A DNA stretch of 64,000 nt from Planctomycetota bacterium. Lineage in GTDB: Bacteria > Planctomycetota > UBA1135 > UBA2386. The position numbers and the translations under genes were made by a program. Location: contig OZ245838.1 of assembly GCA_965228735.1 (NCBI GenBank), positions 224,001 to 288,000 of the forward strand. The letters run 5' to 3'. Every line of letters begins with the position of its first letter. Position 1 is the first letter of the stretch. The notes beneath the pieces were generated by a model. The model was not told the origin of the DNA. It saw only the letters and a program-made list of their open reading frames with translations, and made no database searches. Below, piece after piece: positions 1 through 10,373 of this stretch.

Positions 1-1413
1 GCGATGATCTGCCGCGGCGACACGGTCGGCGTCTTCCAGATCGAGAGTCGCGCGCAGATGGCGATGCTGCCGCGGCTGCGGCCGCGCACGTTCTACGACC
101 TCGTGATCGAGGTGAGCATCGTTCGGCCCGGCCCGATCTCGGGTGACATGGTGCACCCGTACCTGCGGCGGCGGCACGGCAAGGAGCCCGTGACCTATCC
201 GCACGCGAGCCTCGAGCCCGTGCTCGAACGGACGCTCGGCGTGCCGCTCTTCCAGGAGCAGGTGATGAAGCTCGCGATGGTGGCCGCGGACTACACGCCG
301 GGTGAGGCCGATCAGCTGCGGCGCGACATGGCCGCGTGGCGCAGCAGCGGGCGCATCGATCGCCATCGCGAACGGCTGGTGTCGCGCATGGGGCAGAAGG
401 GCATCGCCGCGGAGTTCGCCGAGCGCGTGTTCGAGCAGATCCGGGGGTTCGGCGAATACGGCTTTCCCGAGAGCCACGCCGCGAGCTTCGCGCTGATCGC
501 CTACGTCACGTCGTGGCTCAAGTGTCACCACCCGGACGTGTTCGCGTGCGCGCTGCTCAACGCGCAGCCGATGGGGTTCTATTCACCGGCGACGATCGTC
601 GATGACGCCAAGCGGCACGGCGTGCTCGTGCGGCCGGTCGATGTGCAGCACAGCGACATCGACTGTTCGCTGGAGATCAGCGGTGAGGCGGCGCTCGCGC
701 TGCGCATGGGGCTGCGCTACGTCAGCGGGCTGTCGGCGGACGGGATGGCGCGGCTCGTCGAGGCGCGGCGCGAACGATCGTTCACGGGCCTGCCCGACTT
801 CCGCCAGCGCGCGCGGCTCAACCAGAAGGAACTCGCGGCGCTCGCGGAGATCGGCGCGTTCGAGAGCCTGGCCAAGGCTAGCGGCGGGGCCGGCGACCGA
901 CGCGACGCGTTGTGGCAGGTCTGGAAGCCGGCGGCCGAGGCGGGTGAGCTCGCGCTGCGCGATGGGGGCGAGCAGCCCGAGTTTGCGCCGCTCAACGTGC
1001 TCGAAGCCGTGACATGGGACTACCGCGCCGGTCATCACAGCGCGCGCGGCCACCCGCTCGAACACCTGCGCCCACAGCTCCAGCGCCAGCGTCTCGTCGA
1101 AGCGCTCGAGATCGGCCGGCTGCGTGACGGCGCGAACGTGAGCACGGCGGGCCTCGTGATCTGCCGCCAGCGCCCGGGCACCGCGAAGGGCGTCGTGTTC
1201 ATGACGCTCGAGGACGAGACCGGCTTCGTCAACCTCGTCGTCTGGCACGACGTGTTCGAGAAGTTCGCCGCCCTGATCAAGACCGCCACGTTCCTCGCGG
1301 TCGCCGGCAAGCTGCAGCACCAGGACGGCGTGCAGCACGTGATCGCCCGGCGGTTCTGGGTGCCCCGGGTCGACCTGCACCCAGAGTCCGGCGGCAGCCG
1401 CGACTTCCACTGA
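1..1413 (+). CDS. dnaE2: Error-prone DNA polymerase III alpha subunit (5'-truncated by window edge)
   Basis: [37 protein letters not shown]-fold [20 protein letters not shown], and the C-terminal SRDFH typical of DnaE2. Confidence 0.95.
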   Translation, partial: AMICRGDTVGVFQIESRAQMAMLPRLRPRTFYDLVIEVSIVRPGPISGDMVHPYLRRRHGKEPVTYPHASLEPVLERTLGVPLFQEQVMKLAMVAADYTPGEADQLRRDMAAWRSSGRIDRHRERLVSRMGQKGIAAEFAERVFEQIRGFGEYGFPESHAASFALIAYVTSWLKCHHPDVFACALLNAQPMGFYSPATIVDDAKRHGVLVRPVDVQHSDIDCSLEISGEAALALRMGLRYVSGLSADGMARLVEARRERSFTGLPDFRQRARLNQKELAALAEIGAFESLAKASGGAGDRRDALWQVWKPAAEAGELALRDGGEQPEFAPLNVLEAVTWDYRAGHHSARGHPLEHLRPQLQRQRLVEALEIGRLRDGANVSTAGLVICRQRPGTAKGVVFMTLEDETGFVNLVVWHDVFEKFAALIKTATFLAVAGKLQHQDGVQHVIARRFWVPRVDLHPESGGSRDFH

Positions 1414-1429
1414 CTGCCGCGCCGGCCCC

Positions 1430-1457
1430 GTGAACATACCGGGTTCGGTATGTTCAC
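1430..1457. terminator. Perfect 12-bp hairpin between convergent genes
   Basis: GTGAACATACCG-ggtt-CGGTATGTTCAC between the dnaE2 stop (1413) and the stop of the next gene (1465). Confidence 0.6.
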
Positions 1458-1464
1458 ACCTCCC

Positions 1465-2457
1465 TCAGGCGAGGGGGAGGTCGGTGTGGGCTCGGCACAT
1501 GGCGTCGTGGGTGTCGCGGATCTCGGCGCAGCGCGGGTCGGTCGGGCCGTCGCCGAGTTCGGTGAGGAAGCGGCAGGCGGCGTAGCCCTGGGCCTTGGCC
1601 TCGTAGCGCTCGATCCACTCCTCGCGTTCGTCGAGGCGTTCGAACGGGACGGGCCAGACCGTGCGCGGGACCATCGCGGGTTGGTCGATGCGCCACGGTT
1701 TGGCGCTCACGCGGGTGCGGAAGCAGGCCTGGAGTCGGCAGATACGGGCGTAGTCCGCGTCGCAGTCGAAGTCGCGGAAGAGCTCGGCGGCCTCGTCTCC
1801 GGTGGGATCGATCGTCGTGTGCAGCGCAAGCAGGCGGAAGCCGTTGGGCGTCTCGTAGAGCGCGAAGCGCGAACGTGGGTGTCTGGCGACGGTGCTCGCG
1901 ATGCGGCTATGCACGCGTTCGCGGTGGGCGCGCACGTTCTTCTCGCGGCGGCGGCTGACGCCGAGCCAGATCGTGTAGACGATCAGCGCAACGGGGATCA
2001 GGACGAGCGTGCCGCAGCCGAGCACGTACTCGCCGTCCTTGAAGGACATGATCGCAGTGGCCAGGCCGGCAGCGACCAGGAGGGCGCCGACCCACGACGA
2101 GGCCTGCTCCGCCACGGGCCCGAGTCTGGGCGACAGGTCGACGTCGCCGAACCACACGTCCGGTTCGTTGAGGCAGCGCGCGCCGTAGCGGTTGCGCGTC
2201 ACGACGGCGCCGTCGTTGCGGGCGATGACCTCCTCGCGGATGGGCACGCCCTCCTCGCCGTACGGCTTCTTGCGCTCGCGAGCAGGTACCTTCTTGCCGG
2301 CCTGCGCCGCGTCGAACGCCGCGGACGCGCGCCGCTGCGCGGTCTCGCTGGCCTCCGTCATGCTCGTCTCGGACCAGCCCCAGCGGCGGATCGTGCGCTG
2401 CCGGCCGCGGATCTTGCCAGTGACTTTGGCCTCGGCCCAATGCTCGGGGATCAGCAT
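1465..2457 (-). CDS. Conserved hypothetical membrane protein (two TM helices, DxD motif)
   Basis: 330-aa ORF with natural composition; WFGDVD, two hydrophobic segments, YETPNGFR, CFRTRVSAKPWR. Confidence 0.8.
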   Translation of the reverse strand: MLIPEHWAEAKVTGKIRGRQRTIRRWGWSETSMTEASETAQRRASAAFDAAQAGKKVPARERKKPYGEEGVPIREEVIARNDGAVVTRNRYGARCLNEPDVWFGDVDLSPRLGPVAEQASSWVGALLVAAGLATAIMSFKDGEYVLGCGTLVLIPVALIVYTIWLGVSRRREKNVRAHRERVHSRIASTVARHPRSRFALYETPNGFRLLALHTTIDPTGDEAAELFRDFDCDADYARICRLQACFRTRVSAKPWRIDQPAMVPRTVWPVPFERLDEREEWIERYEAKAQGYAACRFLTELGDGPTDPRCAEIRDTHDAMCRAHTDLPLA

Positions 2458-2511
2458 CGTTCAGCAGTGAGTATGACGGTCGGCTCGGTCGATGCCATAA
2501 GCTCGCGGTCC

Positions 2512-3597
2512 ATGGTGCGAGCGTGCGTGTTTCTCGTAGTGGCCGGGTGCGCCGGTGGGCCTGTCGCGATGCCGGAGACCTTGCCCGACACTCGCGTCAG
2601 CGCCAGTCGCGCGCGGGCGAACGAGCTCGGCATCCACATCGGCGAGCACCCGGCGGGGCAGCACGATGCGATCACCGATGTCACGGGGGTGCGCGTCGGT
2701 CACGCGACGATCCATGCGGGCGAACGCTTCCACACGGGCGTCACGGTGATCCTGCCGCCCGGCGACAACGCGTTCCGTCACAAGCGCAACGCCGCGCTCG
2801 CGGTGCAGAACGGCTACGGCAAGCTCGTCGGCGCGACCCAGCTCACGGAGCTCGGCGAACTCGAGAGTCCGATCGCGCTGACCGGCACGCTCAACGTGCA
2901 TCGGGTCGCCGATGGCCTGCTCGACTGGCTGCTCGAGCGGCCGGGGAACGAACGCGTGCGGTCGATGAACGTCGTCGTCGGGGAGACCAACGACGGCGGC
3001 CTGTCGGACATCCGCGCGCGGCCGGTCGGGGCGGATCACGTGCGCTCCGCGATCGCGAGTGCGACGGCCGGCGCGTTCGCGGTGGGGGCGGTCGGCGCGG
3101 GTGCTGGCACCCGCTGCTTCGGGTTCAAGGGCGGGATCGGGACCGCGTCACGGCTCGTCGACGGCGTCACGGTCGGCGTGCTCGTCCAGACCAACTTCGG
3201 CGGGCGATTGCGGGCCCCGCGCGGCGCCGAGCCGGCGGGAGTCGACCACGACGGCTCGTGCATGATCGTGATCGCCACCGATGCACCGCTGGATCAGCGG
3301 GCGCTCGAGCGGCTGGCACGGCGGTCGTTCGCCGGCATGGCGCGGTCGGGTGCGTCCTTCAGCAACGGCAGCGGGGACTACGCGATCGCGTTCTCGACCG
3401 CGGACCGCGACGCGACCTCGCGCCGCGGCAGCAAGCTGTCGCCGCTGTTCGTCGCGGTCGCGGACGCCACCGAACAGGCGATCTACGACTCGCTCGCGGC
3501 GGCCGAGACCACGACGGGCCAGGGGCGCACCGCGCATGCGATCCCGCTGCAGCGATTGCGTGCGCTCGCCCGTCCGGCCTCCGGGCAGTCGCGATGA
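2512..3597 (+). CDS. dmpA: P1/S58 family aminopeptidase (DmpA-like), with signal/lipoprotein-like N-terminus
   Basis: AITDVTGVRVGH, NGYGKLVG, VGETNDG, GFKGGIGTASR, DGSCMIVIATDAP, NGSGDYAIAFST; start trimmed from ORF 1450..3597 to ATG 2512. Confidence 0.9.
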   Translation: MVRACVFLVVAGCAGGPVAMPETLPDTRVSASRARANELGIHIGEHPAGQHDAITDVTGVRVGHATIHAGERFHTGVTVILPPGDNAFRHKRNAALAVQNGYGKLVGATQLTELGELESPIALTGTLNVHRVADGLLDWLLERPGNERVRSMNVVVGETNDGGLSDIRARPVGADHVRSAIASATAGAFAVGAVGAGAGTRCFGFKGGIGTASRLVDGVTVGVLVQTNFGGRLRAPRGAEPAGVDHDGSCMIVIATDAPLDQRALERLARRSFAGMARSGASFSNGSGDYAIAFSTADRDATSRRGSKLSPLFVAVADATEQAIYDSLAAAETTTGQGRTAHAIPLQRLRALARPASGQSR

Positions 3598-4085
3598 AGC
3601 GCAGCAAGCCGCCGCTGCCGGACCCGCCAAAGGTCGCGGCCGTCGTGTTCGACGGCTCCAACGTCCTCGCGAGCAACGGGCGCGGCGGGCTCGAACGCAT
3701 CGACGCCGCGCTCTCGTGGTGCGGCGACCGCTGGCCCGGGCTGCCTCGGATGGTGTTTCTCGACGCCGCGACCGCGCGGCGGCTGCGGCCGGCGGCGCAG
3801 GACGTGTTGCGCGCGCGCTGCGCCGATGTCACGCCGGAACGGGCCCGCTGGGCCGTCGCGCCGCCGGAGGAGGAGGCCGACGTGCACGTGCTCGAGTTCG
3901 CGCGCGAGCACCGGGCGCTCGTGATCTCCAACGACCGCTTCTTCGATCACGAGGAGCTGCGGCTCGGCGCGATCACGCTGCAGTTCCGGTTCGCCGGCGG
4001 CGCATTCGCGCCGTACGACGAGGCGACGTGGTTCCGGCCGTCAGGCGGCGCCCAGCGGGTCGCGGTCTCGGACCTTGTTGTGTGA
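3594..4085 (+). CDS. Stand-alone NYN/PIN (Zc3h12a-like) ribonuclease domain protein
   Basis: VFDGSNV, EEADVHVL and ISNDRFFDH acidic motifs; ATGA overlap with the dmpA stop. Confidence 0.75.
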   Translation: MKRSKPPLPDPPKVAAVVFDGSNVLASNGRGGLERIDAALSWCGDRWPGLPRMVFLDAATARRLRPAAQDVLRARCADVTPERARWAVAPPEEEADVHVLEFAREHRALVISNDRFFDHEELRLGAITLQFRFAGGAFAPYDEATWFRPSGGAQRVAVSDLVV

Positions 4086-5303
4086 GCCGAGGAACAGGGC
4101 CGCGGTCACGATCCCGGTCACGCCGCACGCCGCCCATAGCGCCGCGTCGCCGAACTCGTCGTAGGCCCAGCCGCCCGCGATCGGCGCGACGACGAGCGAC
4201 AGCGCGAAGCTCATGCCGTAGGCGCCGTTGTAGGAACCGCGCCGCTCGGGCGGGGCGTAGTCGTTGATGTAGGCCCCGAGCAGGGCCATCTGCAGCACCT
4301 CGCCGACCGTGACGACGAGCAGGGCAGCGACGATGGCGAACGCGCCGAGCGGCAGGAGGAAGCAGAAGAAGCCGGCGCCGATCAGCGCCGAGCCGATCGC
4401 GACGATCGGCAGCGCGGGGCGGTTGCGCAGCAGGTGCACGATCGGCATCTCCGTCAGCGCGATGAGCACGGGGTTGATCGCGAGGAGCCAGAAGATCGCG
4501 CCCTCGCCGTAGCCGTATTCGACCTTGAGGATGCGCGGCCCCGTCGTGAAGTACTGCATGAACGCCGTGATCACGACGAAGTTGACGACCATGAGCCACA
4601 CGAAGTGCGGGTCCCGGAACGGCCCGAGGGACGGCGGTGCAGACTGGGGCGGAGCGTTGGGGCCGGACGGCTTTGCGGGATCCGTCGACGCCGCGATCTT
4701 CTCGCTGTAGGTCCACGGCGTGAACCCGCGCAGGAACACGAACAGGAACACGCACGCGAGCAGGCACGTGCCGCCATCAGTATAGAAGATCGCGTTGGGG
4801 TCGAAGTACTCGAACAGGTTGCCGCCGACCGTCGGCCCGACGGCCCAGCCCGCGTTCATCATCAGGCGGTTGAGCGACAGCGCCTTGCGTCGCAACTCGG
4901 GGGGCACGCTCGTCGCGACGGCGGTGATGCTGCCCGGCCGGAACGCGTCGTTGATCACGCCGAGGACGAAGACCGCGGCGGCCAGCACGATCGGGTCGGT
5001 GATCAGCGTCATCAGCAGCAGCCACACGCCGGCCGCGCCGAGCGTCGCGTACTGCACCCGCACGCACCCGAGCCGGTCGGCGAGCCGACCGCCGATCATG
5101 CTGCCGAAGACCGATCCGACGCCGTAGAGCGTCACGACGGCGCCGGCCTCGGTCGCCGTGTAGCCCCACTTCTCGAGCAGATACAGGTTGAGCAGTGGCA
5201 ACACCATCGACCCGCAGCGATTGATGAACGCCGCGAGGCAGAGCAGCCACGTCGTTGCCGGCAGCCCGCTGAACGAGTCGCGGTAGAGCCGGAACAGCAT
5301 CAT
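4041..5303 (-). CDS. MFS transporter
   Basis: About 12 hydrophobic helices; motif A GGRLADRLG; PPERRGSYNG. Confidence 0.9.
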   Translation of the reverse strand: MMLFRLYRDSFSGLPATTWLLCLAAFINRCGSMVLPLLNLYLLEKWGYTATEAGAVVTLYGVGSVFGSMIGGRLADRLGCVRVQYATLGAAGVWLLLMTLITDPIVLAAAVFVLGVINDAFRPGSITAVATSVPPELRRKALSLNRLMMNAGWAVGPTVGGNLFEYFDPNAIFYTDGGTCLLACVFLFVFLRGFTPWTYSEKIAASTDPAKPSGPNAPPQSAPPSLGPFRDPHFVWLMVVNFVVITAFMQYFTTGPRILKVEYGYGEGAIFWLLAINPVLIALTEMPIVHLLRNRPALPIVAIGSALIGAGFFCFLLPLGAFAIVAALLVVTVGEVLQMALLGAYINDYAPPERRGSYNGAYGMSFALSLVVAPIAGGWAYDEFGDAALWAACGVTGIVTAALFLGSHNKVRDRDPLGAA

Positions 5304-5315
5304 GGACCGACGGAA

Positions 5316-6485
5316 CTACCCGCGCCGGAGCGCCTGGGTCGGCGTCATGCGGGCCGCGCGCAGGGCCGGCCACGCACCGCCGACGAGGCCGAGCATGACC
5401 GCGAAGATCACAGCCACGAGCATCGTCATCGGCGTCGTCTGGAACGCGAACGAGACCTCGGTGAACGTCGCGAAGTTGGTCGTGCCGGTCTGCATCCCGT
5501 TGAGCGGCAGCACGAGCAGGACGCCCGCGATGCCGCCGAGCAGGCCGAGCAGCGCGGCCTCGAGCTGGAATGCGACGAACACGGCCCACGGCCGGAAGCC
5601 GGTTGCGAGCAGGATGCCGATCTCGTGCGTGCGGGACGCGATCGCGGACAGCATCGCGTTGATGCCGGTGAACACCGCCGCGATGCCCATGATGATCGAC
5701 AGGAACCCGCCGATGAAGAACAGCAGCCCGCTGAGTGCGCCGGTCTGGCTCTCGAGGTACTCGCGTTCGGTCAGGACCTTGGCGGGGATGCGTTGGTCCG
5801 TTTCGAGCCGGGTCTTGAGGGCCTCGATGTCGGCGCCCGGGGCGAGCTGCGCGATGATTCGGCTGTAGTGCTGCGTCTCGAGCGCGGCCTGCATGCGGTC
5901 GACGTCGCCCCAGATCTCGGTCGCGTAGGCGCCCGTCGACTCGAACACCCCGACGACGCGGAACGGCGTGACGTTGATCGTCAGCGTGTCACCGATCTGG
6001 GCGTTCTGCATCCGCTCCGACACCGCGCGCCCGACGATCACCTCGTCCGTCCCCGGCTCGAGCTGGCGTCCTTCGAGCACTCGGAACGACTCGCCGTGGA
6101 TGGTGAACGTGTTCGGCATGACGCCGCGCAACGGCACGTTGGTCTCGCCGCCGTCGAGGCGCGGCAGCAGGGCCGCGAGGAACGTCTCGCCGGCCGCGAT
6201 CGGCTTGCCGGCCGTGTCCGTGGCGAACTCCGGGATCTCCTTGAGTGCGATCTGAGCGCGGTCACGGTCGAAGCCGCTCTCGCCCTCGGACGTGGCGCCC
6301 GGGCGCAGCATGATGACCATGTCGTCGCGCCCGCCACCCGCGAACATGCGTTCGAAGCCGGCCTGCAGACTCAGGACGCCGGCGAGCACCGCGACGGTCG
6401 CGGCGATGGACAGCACCGTGAGCCAGGTGTTCCCGGAACGGGCGACGAGGCTGCGGAAGTTGTAGGTCAGGGGGACGAGCGCCAT
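5316..6485 (-). CDS. ABC transporter permease (MacB/FtsX family)
   Basis: N-terminal TM, periplasmic domain, RTHEIGILLATGF, PALRAARMTPTQALR. Confidence 0.92.
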   Translation of the reverse strand: MALVPLTYNFRSLVARSGNTWLTVLSIAATVAVLAGVLSLQAGFERMFAGGGRDDMVIMLRPGATSEGESGFDRDRAQIALKEIPEFATDTAGKPIAAGETFLAALLPRLDGGETNVPLRGVMPNTFTIHGESFRVLEGRQLEPGTDEVIVGRAVSERMQNAQIGDTLTINVTPFRVVGVFESTGAYATEIWGDVDRMQAALETQHYSRIIAQLAPGADIEALKTRLETDQRIPAKVLTEREYLESQTGALSGLLFFIGGFLSIIMGIAAVFTGINAMLSAIASRTHEIGILLATGFRPWAVFVAFQLEAALLGLLGGIAGVLLVLPLNGMQTGTTNFATFTEVSFAFQTTPMTMLVAVIFAVMLGLVGGAWPALRAARMTPTQALRRG

Positions 6486-6486
6486 G

Positions 6487-7653
6487 TCAGGCCTCCGACC
6501 GCAGTGCGGTCACGGGGTCGAGGCGGCGAGCGCGCCACGCGGGGAGCAGACCGGCGACGACGCCGAGCCCGACGGCCAGCAGTAGCCCTTGCACGATGAC
6601 GGCCGTCTTGATCTGAAAGCCCGGGATGAACGCCGAGAAGAACGACCACAGCGGGCGTTCGGCCACGGTCGTGAGCAGCACGCCGATGCTGCCGCCGGCG
6701 ACACACAGAGCCAGCGCTTCGGCGACGAGCAGCAGGGAGATCTTGCCGTTGGAGAAGCCGAGGGACTTCAGGATGCCGATGTCACGCGTCCGTTCGCGCG
6801 CGGCCATCAGCATGGTGTTGAGCACGGCGAAGAAGATGGCGAACAGCACGCCGCCTCCGATGCTGTAGAGTAGCGTCGGCACGCTGCCGAGCATCGAGAT
6901 GAACTGGCGCTGGAACTCGCCTTCGGTCGTCGCGCGTACGCGCTGGGGGCCGTTGGCGAACAGCTCCTCGATTCCCGCGATGGTCATGTCGACGTTGGCG
7001 TCGTCCTCGAGTCGGGTGAGGAACACTCCGACCCCGCCGGGGCCGCCCGCGATGCCCGTGTCCATCGACTCGTAGAGATAGTCGTAATGGAAGAACATCG
7101 TCTGTTGATCGATGCTCGTCGAGTTCGACTCGTAGATGCCGGCGATGTTGAAGTCCCACGCGGAGCCGTCGGTCTTGGGGAAGATGGTGCCCTTCAGCGG
7201 CACCCGGTCACCGACCTTCCAGCCGAAGCGCTCGGCGAGGTCCGTGCCGAGAATGCAGTTCGTACGGGCCTCGCACCACTGGTCGAGCGAGCCTTCGACG
7301 ATCTCGAGTTCGGGGTAGCTCGCGTGCCATTTGCGGGCGTCGACCGCGAACTGGCCGAAGAAGTTGGAGGGGTCCTGATAGACGCCGCCGAACCACTGGA
7401 ATCGGATGACCTCCTCGACGCCGGCGACCGACTTGATCTTCGACTCGTAGCTGTCCGGCAGGTTGACGAACAGGCTGACGGCCGATTGCACCCAGAGGCG
7501 CGTGCGAGACGCGCTCGAGACGGCGGTGTCGAGGCCGGCGATCGCCGCGTCGAGAACGCACATCAGGAACACCGCGATCATCACGGACAGCGTCGTGAGC
7601 ACCGTCCGGATCGGGTGCGCGAACATGTTGCGGAGCAGCAGCCGGAACGGCAT
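6487..7653 (-). CDS. ABC transporter permease (MacB/FtsX family)
   Basis: RERTRDIGILKSLGFS, PAWRARRLDPVTALR. Confidence 0.92.
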   Translation of the reverse strand: MPFRLLLRNMFAHPIRTVLTTLSVMIAVFLMCVLDAAIAGLDTAVSSASRTRLWVQSAVSLFVNLPDSYESKIKSVAGVEEVIRFQWFGGVYQDPSNFFGQFAVDARKWHASYPELEIVEGSLDQWCEARTNCILGTDLAERFGWKVGDRVPLKGTIFPKTDGSAWDFNIAGIYESNSTSIDQQTMFFHYDYLYESMDTGIAGGPGGVGVFLTRLEDDANVDMTIAGIEELFANGPQRVRATTEGEFQRQFISMLGSVPTLLYSIGGGVLFAIFFAVLNTMLMAARERTRDIGILKSLGFSNGKISLLLVAEALALCVAGGSIGVLLTTVAERPLWSFFSAFIPGFQIKTAVIVQGLLLAVGLGVVAGLLPAWRARRLDPVTALRSEA

Positions 7654-7656
7654 CGC

Positions 7657-8379
7657 TCAGCTCCCGGCGGCGCCGGTCGTGGCGCTGCGCTGCCGATTGT
7701 CCTCGATGCGACCGAGTTTGCCCTTGTCGAGGTGGATCGTCTTGTTCGCGTAGCTCGCGGCCTGCGGATCGTGCGTGACCATGAGGATGGTCTTTTGCAG
7801 TTCCTGGTTGAGGCGCGACAGCAGCTCGAGCACGGCGTCCGCGGTGTCGCGATCGAGGTCCCCGGTCGGTTCGTCCGCGAGGATGACCTGCGGGTCACAC
7901 GCGATCGCGCGGGCGATCGCGACGCGCTGCTCCTGGCCGCCCGACAGCTCCTTCGGCTTGTGGCCCATGCGGTCGCCCAGCCCGACGAGCTCGAGCGCGC
8001 GTTCGGCCTGCTCGCGGCGCTGCTTGCCCGAGAGCGGCGCCAGCAGCAGTGGCAGCTCGACGTTCTCGCGCGCCGACAGCACGGGCAGCAGGTTGAAGCC
8101 CTGGAACACGAACCCGACGTTCTCCGCGCGCCACTGCGCGAGGTCGGAGCCCTCGAGCTCGTCGAGGTTGGTGTCGCCGACGATGAGGTCGCCCGAGTCG
8201 GCGCGGTCGAGACCGCCGACGAGGTTGAGCAGCGTCGTCTTGCCCGAACCCGACGGCCCCATGAGCGCGTAGAACGTGCCACCCGCCATCTCGAGCTCGA
8301 GCTCGTCGAGGACGCGCAGCGTCTCGCCGCCGCGGGTGTAGGTCTTGGTGACGGAACGAATGTCGATGGCGGTGGCCAT
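7657..8379 (-). CDS. ABC transporter ATP-binding protein
   Basis: Walker [17 protein letters not shown], Walker [13 protein letters not shown]. Confidence 0.97.
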   Translation of the reverse strand: MATAIDIRSVTKTYTRGGETLRVLDELELEMAGGTFYALMGPSGSGKTTLLNLVGGLDRADSGDLIVGDTNLDELEGSDLAQWRAENVGFVFQGFNLLPVLSARENVELPLLLAPLSGKQRREQAERALELVGLGDRMGHKPKELSGGQEQRVAIARAIACDPQVILADEPTGDLDRDTADAVLELLSRLNQELQKTILMVTHDPQAASYANKTIHLDKGKLGRIEDNRQRSATTGAAGS

Positions 8380-8395
8380 GGCAGGATGGTGTGGG

Positions 8396-9820
8396 TCAGT
8401 TCTGCTGGATGCGAACGCGGTCGCCGTCGCGCAGCGACAGCGGCGGTTCGGCGATGATGCGTTGGCCGGAGCGCAGGCCGGCGTCGATCGTGACGCGACC
8501 GTTCTTGCGTTCGCCCACGGTGACCGCGGTAGCGCGCACCGTGTCCCGTTCGAGCACGAACGCGGTCGTCCGACCGTCGATTTCGACGACGGCGGCTTCG
8601 GGTATCACGATGCGCTTCTCCGGTGAGCTCTCGCCGTTCACGGATGCTTCGACCGGGCCCGCGCTCGCGGGTCGGAACACGACGCGCACGCCGTACTCGG
8701 GTCGCAGCTGCCGCCGTTGTTCCTCGTCGACGACGATGCGCACCTCGACCGTGGCCTTGCTGCGATCGGCGGTCGGCCAGATTCGATCGACGACGCCGGC
8801 GAGCTTCTCCTCCGGTCGCGCGTCGACGAACACGTCCGCCGCCGCGCCGAGCTCGACCGAGGACAGCGACGTCTCCGGCACCTCGGCCTGGATCTCGAGT
8901 GACGCGAAGTCGACCATCGTGCAAACCGCGCCGCGGGCGTTGGAGCCGCCCTGGGAGTTGGGCGAGACCACCTCGCCGACCTCGGCGTCCTTGAGCACGA
9001 CGACCCCGTCGAACGGCGCGCGCACGTCGGTCTTGTCGAGCGTGGCCTGGGCCTGCTTGCGCGTGGCGGCGGCGGCGTCGCGCCGGCGCTCCGCGAGGGT
9101 GACGTCGTTCCGGCCGACGTCGAGCTGGCGTTCCGCGACGGTCACCGCGAGCTTCGCGTCCTCGACCTCTTCGGTGGCCGTTCGCTGCCTCGCGGCGCTC
9201 GCGTCGCGATCGGCGGCGGTGCGCTGCACTTCGCGCTCGGATCCGGACTCCGTGGCGAGCAGTTCGACGGCCCGTTCGTGCTCCTGTTCTGCGAAGCGGG
9301 CCTCCGCCGCCGCGGTAGCGAGCCTGGCCCGCGCGGTGGCCAGCGCACTGCGGCTCTGCGAGAGCCGCGCCTCCCGTTCCGCGACGCCGGTCCGGGCGCG
9401 TTCGATGTCGGCCTCCGCGACGGCGAGGTCTGCAGCCGCCCGTTCGAGCGCGGCCGCGAACTCGTCGGCGAACAGCCGCGCGACGATGTCGCCCTGCGCT
9501 ACGACCGAACCTTCGCGCACGTTCATCTCGACGATGCGCCCCGGCACGTCGGAGGACAGCGCGGCCCGCCGCGCAGCCACGACGTAACCGTTGGCCGCGG
9601 TGCCGCGCACGGCCGCGACGGATGCCGGCGTGGCCTCCGTCACGAGCAGCGTGCGGACCTCGGGCAGGTTGATGCGGTCGACGAACGCGCTCACGGGGCC
9701 CCAGAACACCCAGCCGAGACCGACCAGGACGATGAGAGCGACGGCGCGCACGGGCCAGGGGTTGCGGCGGCGCCGCGCTTTCCGCGGCTGGCGGTCGATC
9801 TTGAGCTTCTCGAGGTCCAA
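8396..9820 (-). CDS. Efflux RND/ABC periplasmic adaptor (membrane fusion protein)
   Basis: TM anchor, lipoyl/barrel motifs GRIVEMNVREG and VRAPFDGVV, long coiled coil; probable TTG start at 9820 (the ORF extends to 9967). Confidence 0.88.
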   Translation of the reverse strand: MDLEKLKIDRQPRKARRRRNPWPVRAVALIVLVGLGWVFWGPVSAFVDRINLPEVRTLLVTEATPASVAAVRGTAANGYVVAARRAALSSDVPGRIVEMNVREGSVVAQGDIVARLFADEFAAALERAAADLAVAEADIERARTGVAEREARLSQSRSALATARARLATAAAEARFAEQEHERAVELLATESGSEREVQRTAADRDASAARQRTATEEVEDAKLAVTVAERQLDVGRNDVTLAERRRDAAAATRKQAQATLDKTDVRAPFDGVVVLKDAEVGEVVSPNSQGGSNARGAVCTMVDFASLEIQAEVPETSLSSVELGAAADVFVDARPEEKLAGVVDRIWPTADRSKATVEVRIVVDEEQRRQLRPEYGVRVVFRPASAGPVEASVNGESSPEKRIVIPEAAVVEIDGRTTAFVLERDTVRATAVTVGERKNGRVTIDAGLRSGQRIIAEPPLSLRDGDRVRIQQN

Positions 9821-9914
9821 GGCGGGGCGGCGGTCGGGGACGAGGGAGTGGCGGGGTGAAGAGGATAGCGCTCGGCCTCTCGAAAAGGAGCGGTCGCTGC
9901 GTATCGTTCCCGCC

Positions 9915-10373
9915 ATGCCCGACCGTGTGGTGAGCCGGCTGCTGGTGCCCGTCGAGTTCGTCGACAATCGCGACGCGCGCCTCGACTACGCCATCGGGCT
10001 CGCGGCGCAGCTGCGAGCGGAGCTGCTGTTCCTCGCGGTCGTCGACACGTCCGCGACGATCACGCTCATCGGGCGGCATCGCGCGGCGCCCGGGAGCGAC
10101 AGCGACTTCGAGAAGGCGCTGCACGACGAGGTGCAGGGCATCCTGCAGCAGCTCGTCGACCGAGCGGCCGAGGCCGGCGTGAACGCGCGCGGCCACCTCA
10201 AGTTCAGCGAGGAGGTCGAGGAGCAGATCCTCAAGGAGGCACTCGTGGAGAAGGTCGACCTCATCCTCGTGCATTCGCAGGGCAGCTCGATCTTCATGAA
10301 GACGCTGCTCGGTTCGACCGCCGGCGAGATCCTCAAGGCGGCGCCCTGCCCGGTGCTCGTGGCCGGCGCGTGA
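9915..10373 (+). CDS. Universal stress protein (UspA family)
   Basis: RLLVPVEF, DLILVHSQG, LLGSTAGEILKAAPCPVLV; TATCGT 7 nt upstream of ATG 9915. Confidence 0.9.
   Translation: MPDRVVSRLLVPVEFVDNRDARLDYAIGLAAQLRAELLFLAVVDTSATITLIGRHRAAPGSDSDFEKALHDEVQGILQQLVDRAAEAGVNARGHLKFSEEVEEQILKEALVEKVDLILVHSQGSSIFMKTLLGSTAGEILKAAPCPVLVAGA

Noticed and set aside
1430..1457. GAAC/GTTC half-sites as a possible LexA box near dnaE2
   Set aside because: They lie downstream of dnaE2 between convergent stops, and the spacing fits no LexA box I know; a hairpin explains them better
1450..2511. Long N-terminal extension of the DmpA ORF (similar extensions on ORFs 50388..53363, 56988..59570, 57045..59507, 12835..15468, 15474..17819)
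   Set aside because: The extensions overlap real genes in other frames or strands; they are not true fusions
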